This document shows positions 30,902-42,590 of a stretch of 64,000 nt of DNA, one piece after another. The translations under genes and the position numbers were made by a program. Source of the DNA: an uncultured bacterium (GTDB lineage Bacteria; Patescibacteriota; Minisyncoccia; UBA6257; 2-01-FULL-56-20); the NCBI GenBank assembly GCA_963718575.1, contig OY970358.1, forward strand, positions 642,172-706,171, written 5' to 3'. The notes beneath the pieces were generated by a model. It did not search any database. It had not been told where the DNA came from and worked only from the letters and a program-made list of their open reading frames with translations. How positions within the stretch are numbered: the first letter of the stretch is position 1; each line of letters begins with the position of its first letter.

Positions 30902-33900
30902 ATGAATAAAAAAAGAACTACTCGTGTTGCGGGAGTCGGCATAGCACTCCTGGCCATTGTGGCGGTCGTCGCATGCTCAAGGGTCTGCTTTTTTTCTAAG
31001 CCTCCGACGGCACATGCGGCGGATCTTTCCGCGACAAGCACCGTCGTGTTCGGACTCAATGTATACGGCTATCAGCTGCTGGCTACGGCAACTCCGAACC
31101 AGTCGATAAATACCGGTCCGATGGTGGATGCCCAGGGTGTTGCGATCAATCCGGGCGATTACAAGAGCGGGGTTCCTGATAAGATCTATATCAACGCATC
31201 TTCCTTTAGCGTAGACTTCCGGGTCGGAATGATGATTTGCGACGACAGCGGCGAGAATTGCCATACGGGATGGACGCCATGGGCGAGCGACGTAGCCGAT
31301 GGCAATGCGACGAATGATTATTCGCCTATCGTTGGCGGGGGACCGCTCGACGGAGGAACGTTCTGCGGCGCGAATACGGCAACGCTTCACAATCGCCTCG
31401 GCGATATTTTCATCGGCGCGCAGACGCGCCCGCTGCCGGCCGGTGCTGTTTTGGATAGCGTCTCGCTTACCCTTTTCCCTCTTGAATATGATTTCAATGT
31501 GCCCGTTGATGACGTGACGGCAGTAAACCCCGCTTGCTGGAATCCGTATGACGATGCGGTAGGAACGCCGGGATTTACGTCCGGAGGATGGAGTAATGAT
31601 GCTTTTGATAAATGGAACAACGCTTCAACCGACGGTTTTGTGATCGAGATGATCGCAGGAGCAACTTCGTACAACGCCTCATATGTGAGTGCCAATATCC
31701 CGGGCTCGTTCAGCGTCGGCGAAACGACGACGACGGGGACCGATGGTAAGCCGCTCGAAATCACGATGAAGAATACCGGCGCTGCCGTTTGGCCTTCTGA
31801 ACAAGGGAACGTGGTCGGCACCCCGACGGGAAGTTGTACCGTGGATACCAACGGCGATGGAATTCCTGATGCGCCTGCAGCGAACACGTCAGGTTCTTGT
31901 ACTGTTGATTATAACTATAACGGCATTGCCGATGAACTGAACCATACCGCCGGCTCTTTTACTCCCGCTCCTAATCCGATGCAATATACGAGGGTGGTAC
32001 CGATCACCACGATATGGGCTCCTGCGACCACCGTGACCGTTCCCCTTCCCCCGATCTGCACCAGCGCAGATGCCCGGCCTGCGGGCGGAACGCTTTCCTC
32101 GCTCATCTCTACTGCTTTCGCGGTCTCGTTGAAGTGTACCCCACAGCCGCCCAGGTCAGAGGTCGTCCCCGCGCACTACGAAAGCACGCCAGCAATTCCG
32201 ACAGCGGTCGCGCAAGGGGATACTGCTACGTTTATATTAAACAGCCTCACCGCACCTTCGGCGCCCGGTACATATAATGAGGCATGGCAGATGGAAGAAA
32301 GCAATATTCCCTTCGGTTCGCCAGCGAACATCCCGATCACCGTTACGGCTGCTACGCCGCCCACCTCCCCGAACACTCCGGCCGTTTCCCTTGCTGCTTC
32401 ACCCTCTGCTATCACGCTCGGAAGTTCCACAACCCTTACCATCACGACGAACGATGTAACCTCCTGTACCGGTTCTGGTGCCTGGAGCGGCGCGGAACCG
32501 ACCTCCGGCCCGGTGCCTTCAACTCCAGGGTCAGTTGGCACGGCAACCTATACTATTTCCTGCACCGGTCCCGACGGAAACGCGAGCGCATCAACAAATG
32601 TCACGGTGACAGCAACGCCACCTGTCACTCCTCCTTCGACGCCTTCAGTCACCGTCTCGTGCAGTCCGAACAGCATCCTTGTAAATGGAACGTCTGCCTG
32701 CACTGCCAATGTCACAAACCTGAGCGGCACCACCGTGACGTGGACCTCCACCGCGGGATCGATCGACGCCAATGGTAATTTTACCGCCCCCTCAACCGCC
32801 GGATCAGTGCCGGTGACCGCCTGCTCTACCGTTGACCCGAGCGTCTGCGGTTCGACGAACGTTATAGTAACGGCGACCCCGACCGCCATCGGAACCATCA
32901 CGGTAACATCAGAGGACTCGCAGACGGGTTCACCGGTAGATTCGTCGTGGGATGTCCTCGCGGCCGACGCAAGTGGCGAGAGCGACCTCTGTGGCGGCCA
33001 ATCATGCGAGGGGCAGACCCAGACATATAATAATGTTCCTACCGACGGCAATATCATCACCGTCGTCGCCGGAACTCCCACGGGGCTGTTTGCTTTACGA
33101 GGGGTCGGGGAACGATTCGCTCCTCTCGCGCTTTCAAAGAATCTATTTTTTGGAGTGGCAAACGCATTGAACTACTGCGCATATTATGGCTCGTCGAGCG
33201 ATCAGTGCACGCTTCCCAATCCTCCAAGCCTTGGCGTAAATTCCCTCACGCTTACCCCCGCCCAGTCCGACGCGAATTTCATGATTCTTTGGGATCCGGA
33301 GGCAAGTATGATCATCACTCCGGGCTCAGTCACGTCCACGCTGTCCGCTTCTGGCACGGTTGGAACGGTGACGATCACGAACAACAGCACTGCGCCGGGC
33401 TCGGAATTGGGATGGGTTGCGAGCGTGAGTCCGGCGAGCGCGGACAGTTGGCTTTCCGTCACTCCCGCTACGAATGCAAATCCGAGCGGCGTGGCGAATG
33501 GGTCGCCCGATACTGCAACGATCACCTATAACGGCGGCCTTGCGTCAGGAACGTATAATGCAGAAGTAGATTTTTCCGGAACGTCAATAAGCGCTCCGGG
33601 CGCGGGAAGCGCCGGGACGGTGCAGGTTCCTGTTACGCTTACCGTAACAAGTTCGGGCGGCGGATTCAGTTGTATCAGTAACGCATGCTCGGCGGTCTCG
33701 TCGGGCGGCGTTTCATATTCTTCCTGCGAAGCTGCGTGCGGAGAGCCGCCAGTGCCTCCGGACGACAATGGTTTTAGCTGCATCAATAACACATGTTCCT
33801 CGGTTCCCTCGGGTGGTGTTTCGTATGCATCGTGCGAGGATGCGTGCGGCGGTAGTGGTGGTGGCGGAGGAGGCGGTGGGGGGGGCGGTGGAAGCCAGAG

Positions 33901-34447
33901 TTATAGCTGCATCAGTAATGCATGCGCATTGGTTGCCTCGGGCGGCGTTTCATACTCTTCTTGCGAAGCCGCTTGCCCCGGTACGGGAACGGAGTACAGC
34001 TGTAGCGATAATTCCTGCCGGGCAGTTTCTTCCGGCGGCGTTTCGGAGCCGGATTGCGAAGCTGCATGCGGCGTTCCGCCGCCGCCGACGTGTCCCGCCG
34101 GGGATGCTTCCTGTCAGGCGTCTTGCAATAATCCGGCGTTTACCGCAAGTCCTTCATCCCTTGTCGTTCCGGAATCCTCGAATTTGCAATACGGCTGCTC
34201 GCACGTCACCGAGTGCCAGCTATCGGGAGGAAGCCTGACCGGGTCCGCGCCTATATACGCGGCGCAGGGTACGGATAGTATAAACGGGAGCACCGCCGTG
34301 GCGCCTTCCATAACCACCACATACACATTGACCTGCGTGAACGGCAATTATAGTGATGATTCTGTGAATTCCACCGCCCAGGTGACGGTAAGCGGATCAA
34401 GTCGTTGCGAACAAAATCCAAACGGGGCGGGATGCCCGGGGCAGTAA
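30902..34447 (+). CDS. Large secreted adhesin-like protein with Ig-like domains and four Cys-rich repeats
   Basis: Signal/TM, NBR1-Ig-like motifs (MKNTG..W; TAP..PGTYNEAWQM), S/T-rich beta repeats, (F/Y)SC..N.C..V.SGGVS...CE.AC x4. Confidence 0.85.
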   Translation: MNKKRTTRVAGVGIALLAIVAVVACSRVCFFSKPPTAHAADLSATSTVVFGLNVYGYQLLATATPNQSINTGPMVDAQGVAINPGDYKSGVPDKIYINASSFSVDFRVGMMICDDSGENCHTGWTPWASDVADGNATNDYSPIVGGGPLDGGTFCGANTATLHNRLGDIFIGAQTRPLPAGAVLDSVSLTLFPLEYDFNVPVDDVTAVNPACWNPYDDAVGTPGFTSGGWSNDAFDKWNNASTDGFVIEMIAGATSYNASYVSANIPGSFSVGETTTTGTDGKPLEITMKNTGAAVWPSEQGNVVGTPTGSCTVDTNGDGIPDAPAANTSGSCTVDYNYNGIADELNHTAGSFTPAPNPMQYTRVVPITTIWAPATTVTVPLPPICTSADARPAGGTLSSLISTAFAVSLKCTPQPPRSEVVPAHYESTPAIPTAVAQGDTATFILNSLTAPSAPGTYNEAWQMEESNIPFGSPANIPITVTAATPPTSPNTPAVSLAASPSAITLGSSTTLTITTNDVTSCTGSGAWSGAEPTSGPVPSTPGSVGTATYTISCTGPDGNASASTNVTVTATPPVTPPSTPSVTVSCSPNSILVNGTSACTANVTNLSGTTVTWTSTAGSIDANGNFTAPSTAGSVPVTACSTVDPSVCGSTNVIVTATPTAIGTITVTSEDSQTGSPVDSSWDVLAADASGESDLCGGQSCEGQTQTYNNVPTDGNIITVVAGTPTGLFALRGVGERFAPLALSKNLFFGVANALNYCAYYGSSSDQCTLPNPPSLGVNSLTLTPAQSDANFMILWDPEASMIITPGSVTSTLSASGTVGTVTITNNSTAPGSELGWVASVSPASADSWLSVTPATNANPSGVANGSPDTATITYNGGLASGTYNAEVDFSGTSISAPGAGSAGTVQVPVTLTVTSSGGGFSCISNACSAVSSGGVSYSSCEAACGEPPVPPDDNGFSCINNTCSSVPSGGVSYASCEDACGGSGGGGGGGGGGGGSQSYSCISNACALVASGGVSYSSCEAACPGTGTEYSCSDNSCRAVSSGGVSEPDCEAACGVPPPPTCPAGDASCQASCNNPAFTASPSSLVVPESSNLQYGCSHVTECQLSGGSLTGSAPIYAAQGTDSINGSTAVAPSITTTYTLTCVNGNYSDDSVNSTAQVTVSGSSRCEQNPNGAGCPGQ

Positions 34448-34534
34448 TAAGCGATTGGACGCGGGGCTTGTCAATCTCCTAGATATGTGGTAGAATTTCT
34501 CTCAGCACATAACACCGTGCAGAAGGAGAGTCCA

Positions 34535-35095
34535 ATGCAACTTACCACCATCCGCGCCGGTTTTTTCGGCGTATTGCTGGTGACGATGGGCCTTGTGAAC
34601 CTGTCGTTACCCGCCAACTCTCAAACGTTGTTCTCTTTGCAAGGCGGAATGATGAGGATTCCAAAGCCGGAGCAGGTTCCTAAAAAACCTAGCTTCGTCT
34701 TTCGGGCCTCTGAATTCTACCTTGCCGGAGCAACGGCGTTTGACATGACCACGACCGTCGATGGGTCGGGGTTGGGTCATCCCACGACTGCGTATAGGAG
34801 TGACGGGTCATTCCTCACTCACTATTACGTGGTAGAAAAGGGCTGGGCGGGCTTTCTTGGCAGACGAGATCCTTGGACCGCAGTTGGGGCCAATGTGATC
34901 AAAAATGCCGTGATTGACCGATATACCAACAAGCTCTATGCGTTGGGTGGTCGTTGGCGACCTGTTGCGATCGGGGTGAATGTCCTTACGGGGACGCTCA
35001 ACGCGTTAGCGGCAGGTAGCAATATTCGTTCAGGCGAACGGATTGATCAACAGGTAAGACTTGCGACGGGTTACAAGGGTAAGATCGTCTGGTAG
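34535..35095 (+). CDS. Secreted/membrane hypothetical protein
   Basis: AAGGAG SD, signal peptide, AFDMTTT...E motif. Confidence 0.65.
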   Translation: MQLTTIRAGFFGVLLVTMGLVNLSLPANSQTLFSLQGGMMRIPKPEQVPKKPSFVFRASEFYLAGATAFDMTTTVDGSGLGHPTTAYRSDGSFLTHYYVVEKGWAGFLGRRDPWTAVGANVIKNAVIDRYTNKLYALGGRWRPVAIGVNVLTGTLNALAAGSNIRSGERIDQQVRLATGYKGKIVW

Positions 35096-35106
35096 CCTTT
35101 CGCTTC

Positions 35107-35144
35107 GCTGGCGGGTGGCGGATAACCATCTGTCGCCCGCCGGC
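35107..35144 (+). terminator. Strong GC hairpin after gene
   Basis: GCTGGCGGGTGGCGGAT-AACC-ATCTGTCGCCCGCCGGC. Confidence 0.6.
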
Positions 35145-35388
35145 ACTATATGTTGTATGGGCATTCGAAGACTTGACATTTCTGCCGATAGCGCTATAGT
35201 TAGCGTAGAACAAAGGATCAGAGTCGAGATTAGGGAATCGATGCTGGAAGAAAGAGCCTGGACTCTCCTTCGCGTGGGTGGCCACCCATACCGGCATATT
35301 CCTCCGCGAGGGTCATGCGTGAGCCCACAACTCACAAGTGACCCTTGCACTAACTTTCATTGAAGCCTGCTTTCTAAGCACGGCTTTT

Positions 35389-36159
35389 TTATTTCTTCAA
35401 AAATTTCTGTATCTTTTTCCGGAACGCTGGTTGTGTTGTATTCGAAATAGAAAGATGTCCGCCGCGAGTGAGAAGTAGTAAGCGCGCGCCCGTCTGTTGC
35501 GCAAACGTTATCGATGCTTTTGCATAAACGACCTCATCATCCTTCGCGTGGATGATGAGCAATTTTTTACCGTCGATGGAATCGATCTCGTGTGCGGGAT
35601 TATAGAAGGCTCCGCTTTTTAATTTTTTCCAATCTTTTTCTGCGCCGCGATAGCCGTTGCCGAATGCCGAACGCGTGAAGCTTTGCAACTTGTCGATGGA
35701 TTCGGTTTCGCTCGCCGCGCGCCAGTTGGTGACTGGCGAGAGCGCGACCGCTTTGCGCACGCGCGGGTCGCGCGAGGCGAGGATCACCGCCGGGCCGCCA
35801 AAGCTTGACCCGATGAGATATATTTCCGGCTGCGCAATTTTATGCGTTTTGCCGGACCAGAGATCCTTGAATCCGCGCGGGAGCTGGTCGATCACGTCGA
35901 TCACGTCGCGGTGTGGTGATAGTTTTAAGAATGACCCGCCGCTTTCCCAGCTTCCGCGATAGCGGGGGACGAAGACCCAGTATCCCTTTTTTGATAAGAA
36001 CTCCACAACCTCAGTTTTCCCGCCCGGATATCCCGGCGCGCCGCCACAGAGGACGATGACTTTATTGGGGGCGTGCTTACCGCCGCGCGCCGCTCGCGCT
36101 GCGGGCGGCAAGAATTCGCAGACGATATCTTTTTTGATGCGGGTGCGGAGAAGGTGCAT
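35389..36159 (-). CDS. Alpha/beta hydrolase (peptidase S9-like)
   Basis: RYRGSWES.G, GSSFGG nucleophile elbow, HAKDD, GGH. Confidence 0.88.
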   Translation of the reverse strand: MHLLRTRIKKDIVCEFLPPAARAARGGKHAPNKVIVLCGGAPGYPGGKTEVVEFLSKKGYWVFVPRYRGSWESGGSFLKLSPHRDVIDVIDQLPRGFKDLWSGKTHKIAQPEIYLIGSSFGGPAVILASRDPRVRKAVALSPVTNWRAASETESIDKLQSFTRSAFGNGYRGAEKDWKKLKSGAFYNPAHEIDSIDGKKLLIIHAKDDEVVYAKASITFAQQTGARLLLLTRGGHLSISNTTQPAFRKKIQKFLKK

Positions 36160-36216
36160 ATGTTTTCATTATACTGTTTTCTCGCCCCGCGCGTGGCGGC
36201 GGGGTATAATAGAGGG

Positions 36217-38855
<2,639 letters not shown>

Positions 38856-38939
38856 TTTTTTATCAGCGCGAGAAGCTGTTCGTTAAAAATTTATTAAAAA
38901 GTTTTTGACTTCGAAAAATGAAGGCGTATGATTTTTGGT

Positions 38940-39320
38940 ATGAATAAAAAAATAACTACGATAGATGACTTGGCGGTGATGATCGGAAAAGAATTTCAAG
39001 CAGCAGAGAAGCGATTTAACGTGTTGGAAGAAAAAATTGAGAAGGTTGTTGTGGATGTAAAAGAGATCCGAAAGGATATTGACGCAATTCATACGGACAT
39101 TGCCACTATTCACGTAGATATCAGTACAATCCAGGCTGATATCAATGCGATTCACGCGGATATCAACGGCCTTCATGACAAAGTTGGCGATATCCACACA
39201 GATATAAAAGAGATCCGTGCGGATATAAGCGACATCCGGGCTGATGTAAAAAAACTGGATATGCGCACTGCGGTGATCGACCTTGGGATCCGAGTGAGCA
39301 AGCTGGAGGGGAATGTTTGA
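38940..39320 (+). CDS. Heptad-repeat coiled-coil protein
   Basis: TIDDLAVMI..EF then DIxxIHx heptads. Confidence 0.75.
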   Translation: MNKKITTIDDLAVMIGKEFQAAEKRFNVLEEKIEKVVVDVKEIRKDIDAIHTDIATIHVDISTIQADINAIHADINGLHDKVGDIHTDIKEIRADISDIRADVKKLDMRTAVIDLGIRVSKLEGNV

Positions 39321-39360
39321 TTTATCCGCCGAAAAACTATAGAATTTTCAAGGTAAGTAT

Positions 39361-39435
39361 GCGGTCGTAGCTCAATTTGGTTAGAGCACCGCCCTGTCAC
39401 GGCGGGGGTTGCCGGTTCAAGTCCGGTCGGCCGCG
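39361..39435 (+). tRNA. tRNA-Asp(GTC)
   Basis: Cloverleaf, anticodon loop CT-GTC-AC, G73. Confidence 0.96.
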
Positions 39436-39520
39436 CAGCGTCTTAAAAACGTCTTAAAGTAGAGATAGAGACCTCCTCGGCGGAGGTAGATTTCTGTTAT
39501 AATGAAGCCAACCCAAACGC

Positions 39521-40873
39521 ATGAAGGATAATACCGCTGAAGCGATAAAACAGGTTGCTCATGTAGCCGATTTTTGGATCCCGCTCAAGATTCAGTATGA
39601 TCGCATGCCTGGCGTATCGGTGGGTATTGTATACAGGGGGAAGTTGGCCTATAAGAAGGGCTTTGGATTCGCCGATCTTGAAAAGAGGAAGCGTACCACC
39701 GAGGCGACGCGATATCATATCGCATCGCACTCAAAGATGTTTACCGCGGTCGCCATCATGCAGCTTGCCGAGAAAGGAAAGCTACGGCTTGATGACAAGG
39801 TGGCGAGCCACATTGATTGGTTCAAGGCCAAAAATAAGAATGCCGATGCGGCGAATATCACCATTCGGCAGTTGCTTTCCCATACATCGGGGATCTTCCG
39901 CGACGGCGACACTGGGCACTGGGAAACGGGGAAGTTTCCGAAAGACCTTAAGTCATCATTCTCCTCGAAATCCTTGCGGTTTGAGAATCTTACTTCATTC
40001 AAGTATGCGAACTACGGATACGCGCTCCTTGGGGAGATTATCCAAAACGTGAGCGGGATGGCATATGAGGAATATGAGAAAGAGAACATTCTGCGCCCGC
40101 TCGGGATGAGCTACACCGCGCCGGAATACAAGAGCGGTATGCGGGACGTGGCGATCGGATACGGCAGGAACATCCCCGGCGAGCCGCGCCGTCGATTCGC
40201 TCCTTATGCGACGCATATCTACGCCCCGGCGACAGGGTTCGTCTCGAACGTCATTGATATGGCGAAGTTCATCCACTCCTTCTCCCTGGACAATAAGCGG
40301 GGCGTTTTATCGCGGGAGTCCAAAAAAGAGATGATGCATCCGTATGAAAAAACGATGGAAGGGGATGAATATGGGCTGGGGTTTGAGATAGGGTATATCA
40401 AAGGAAGAAAGATCGTCGGCCATGGCGGAGGGTTCAATGGATATATCACGCGGACCATGTGGGATCCGAAGAACGATATAGGGGTGATCGTACTTTCGAA
40501 CTCGCTCGACAGTTCGGCAGCCGTCATCGCCGAGGGCATTTTCCAAACCATCTACGGATTTTTGGATCAGCGGTTGGAGTACATGCACTACAGAAAGGTG
40601 CAGTATTCAAAATATGAAGGCATCTATCGCACTGTTTGGAGCGATATTATCGTCGCACGCTTCGGGAACGCGCTCATCGAATTCAGCCCGCGCACGGAGT
40701 TTCCACTCAAATGGAACTCGATCCTCGTGCCAGAGAGAACGACGCATCACTTTTCGGTAAAATCGAAGAATGTGTTCGGTGATATAAATGAGCCCGCGGA
40801 ATTTGCCGATTTTAAAAAAGACAAGGCGCAAAAATTGCTCATCAGCGGAACGCCTTCAAGGCGAGTGGTGTGA
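39521..40873 (+). CDS. Serine hydrolase, class C beta-lactamase/AmpH-like
   Basis: SHSK (SxxK), LLSHTSG, YAN, GHGG. Confidence 0.9.
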   Translation: MKDNTAEAIKQVAHVADFWIPLKIQYDRMPGVSVGIVYRGKLAYKKGFGFADLEKRKRTTEATRYHIASHSKMFTAVAIMQLAEKGKLRLDDKVASHIDWFKAKNKNADAANITIRQLLSHTSGIFRDGDTGHWETGKFPKDLKSSFSSKSLRFENLTSFKYANYGYALLGEIIQNVSGMAYEEYEKENILRPLGMSYTAPEYKSGMRDVAIGYGRNIPGEPRRRFAPYATHIYAPATGFVSNVIDMAKFIHSFSLDNKRGVLSRESKKEMMHPYEKTMEGDEYGLGFEIGYIKGRKIVGHGGGFNGYITRTMWDPKNDIGVIVLSNSLDSSAAVIAEGIFQTIYGFLDQRLEYMHYRKVQYSKYEGIYRTVWSDIIVARFGNALIEFSPRTEFPLKWNSILVPERTTHHFSVKSKNVFGDINEPAEFADFKKDKAQKLLISGTPSRRVV

Positions 40874-40940
40874 TGGAGGGGATGTAAATCTCGCCCGGAT
40901 TCGTCTTAAAAAGGTTTCTAACGTCGTCCACCAGCCCGCG

Positions 40941-40980
40941 CTGAATAAAAAGAACACGAAAGAGTGTTCTTTTTATTCAG
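40941..40980. terminator. Perfect 17-bp hairpin
   Basis: CTGAATAAAAAGAACAC-GAAAGA-GTGTTCTTTTTATTCAG. Confidence 0.75.
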
Positions 40981-41016
40981 TCATGAAGTCGGACTTGAAC
41001 GAGGGGGTGGGTCGGG

Positions 41017-42537
41017 AGTACGCCGCCGAGCGCGCCGACTGTCAATGCGGCCGCTCCGGGTAACACTAAAATATCCCTTTCCTGGTCGGCGCCCTCCTCG
41101 AACGGGGGATCGGCACTTACGGAGTACCTGATTGACGACCGTTTCACGGGATCGTCCACCTTTGTTCAGGTGGCAACGACCAGCGCCTCATTTACGACAA
41201 GCACGATTACCGGCCTTACGAACGGCCAATCGTATGATTTCGAGATCTTCGCTATGAATGGGGTGGGGACGTCGTCTCCTTCGAATATCGTCTCAAGCAC
41301 TCCTGTCACGACCTCGACCGCTCCCTATAATCTTTCTGCCACCGCAGGGAATGCAGAGGCTACAATCTCGTTCTCAGCTCCCACCTCAACAGGAGGATCT
41401 TCTATCCTTTATTATACCGCCACGGCAAGTAACGGCGGCTTTTTTGCCACCTCTACCGGAAGTCCGATCACGGTAGAGGCTCTCAGTAATGGTACGGGAT
41501 ACACCTTCACCGTAACCGCGACGAACGGCGCTGGCACTTCGGCATCGTCTTCCCCTTCGAACAGCGTGACCCCCAGCGGTGCCTACCCTTCCGTATCTTC
41601 ATTTACCGCATCCCGCTCTGATATCCAGCCCGGCGTTTCAAGCACTCTTTCCTGGACGATCATAAACGCCTCCTCCGTAGCGATCGACCAAGGGATCGGT
41701 AGTGTCGCTTCTTCTTCCGGATCCTTCATTGTCACTCCCACCACTACACTTATATATACCCTGACCGCGACGAATGTGAGCGGCTCAACCACCGCTCAGA
41801 CAACGATCCTCGTGGACGGTATTCCTCCCTCCGCTCCCACAAGCGTCACGGCTAATGCGGTTTCCCAAGCCGAGATCGATCTTCTCTGGGCATCGAGCAC
41901 GGATAATGTAGGGGTGACGGGATATGACGTATACCAGGGCGCTTCTACCAGCACACTGTCCCTCATTGCGACAACCACCGGTCTTTCCTATCGGAACACC
42001 GGCCTTTCTGCAGCCACCACTTTTTATTACGCTATCGCAGCCTATGACGATGCAGGAAATATTTCTGTGCAAAGTTCATTTGTCAGCGCAACAACCCAAT
42101 CCGCATCGAGCGGTGGCGGAGGCGGGGGTGGCAGCTCCGGTGGCGGGGGTGGCGGATATTATTATGCGACACCCATAACCACCAGTGAAACGACCTCGAC
42201 CATTGCGACGGGAGAACCTACTACCCTCCCGGACGAGTTACTCGATCTTGTGGCCGAGGTTCGCGCGCTCTCCCTGCAGATGTTTCTTGCGAATGATAAA
42301 AACCAGAATCTTACGATCGGGTCCATGGGGAGTAATGTCTGGGCGCTCCAAGTCTTCCTTATTATGAACAACATCATAAGCCCCACCGCTCAAGGGTTGA
42401 AGCTGGTGGATCCCACGGGTTATTTCGGGACGATCACGCGAGGAGCGTTGGCCAGCTATCAGGCAAACGTTGGCATAACCCCTCCATCGGGGTTCTTGGG
42501 TCCGAAGACGAGAGCGTATCTTGAGAATATCCCGTAA
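41017..42537 (+). CDS. Fibronectin type III repeat protein with C-terminal PG-binding domain, apparently 5'-truncated
   Basis: Frame open from 40999 with Fn3 sequence PPSAP...LSWSAPSSNGGSALTEY upstream of the first start codon (GTG 41170); no signal peptide. Confidence 0.75.
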   Translation, partial: STPPSAPTVNAAAPGNTKISLSWSAPSSNGGSALTEYLIDDRFTGSSTFVQVATTSASFTTSTITGLTNGQSYDFEIFAMNGVGTSSPSNIVSSTPVTTSTAPYNLSATAGNAEATISFSAPTSTGGSSILYYTATASNGGFFATSTGSPITVEALSNGTGYTFTVTATNGAGTSASSSPSNSVTPSGAYPSVSSFTASRSDIQPGVSSTLSWTIINASSVAIDQGIGSVASSSGSFIVTPTTTLIYTLTATNVSGSTTAQTTILVDGIPPSAPTSVTANAVSQAEIDLLWASSTDNVGVTGYDVYQGASTSTLSLIATTTGLSYRNTGLSAATTFYYAIAAYDDAGNISVQSSFVSATTQSASSGGGGGGGSSGGGGGGYYYATPITTSETTSTIATGEPTTLPDELLDLVAEVRALSLQMFLANDKNQNLTIGSMGSNVWALQVFLIMNNIISPTAQGLKLVDPTGYFGTITRGALASYQANVGITPPSGFLGPKTRAYLENIP

Positions 42538-42590
42538 GGAAAAACTCCCATGGCGTCGTGTCGCCGAAGCGGATTTGTTATACTTAAGCT

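Noticed and set aside
33850-33895. G-rich tract as a phase-variable or G-quadruplex site
   Set aside because: Explained by an in-frame poly-Gly linker; similar linkers occur at 42110-42155 and 51713-51740
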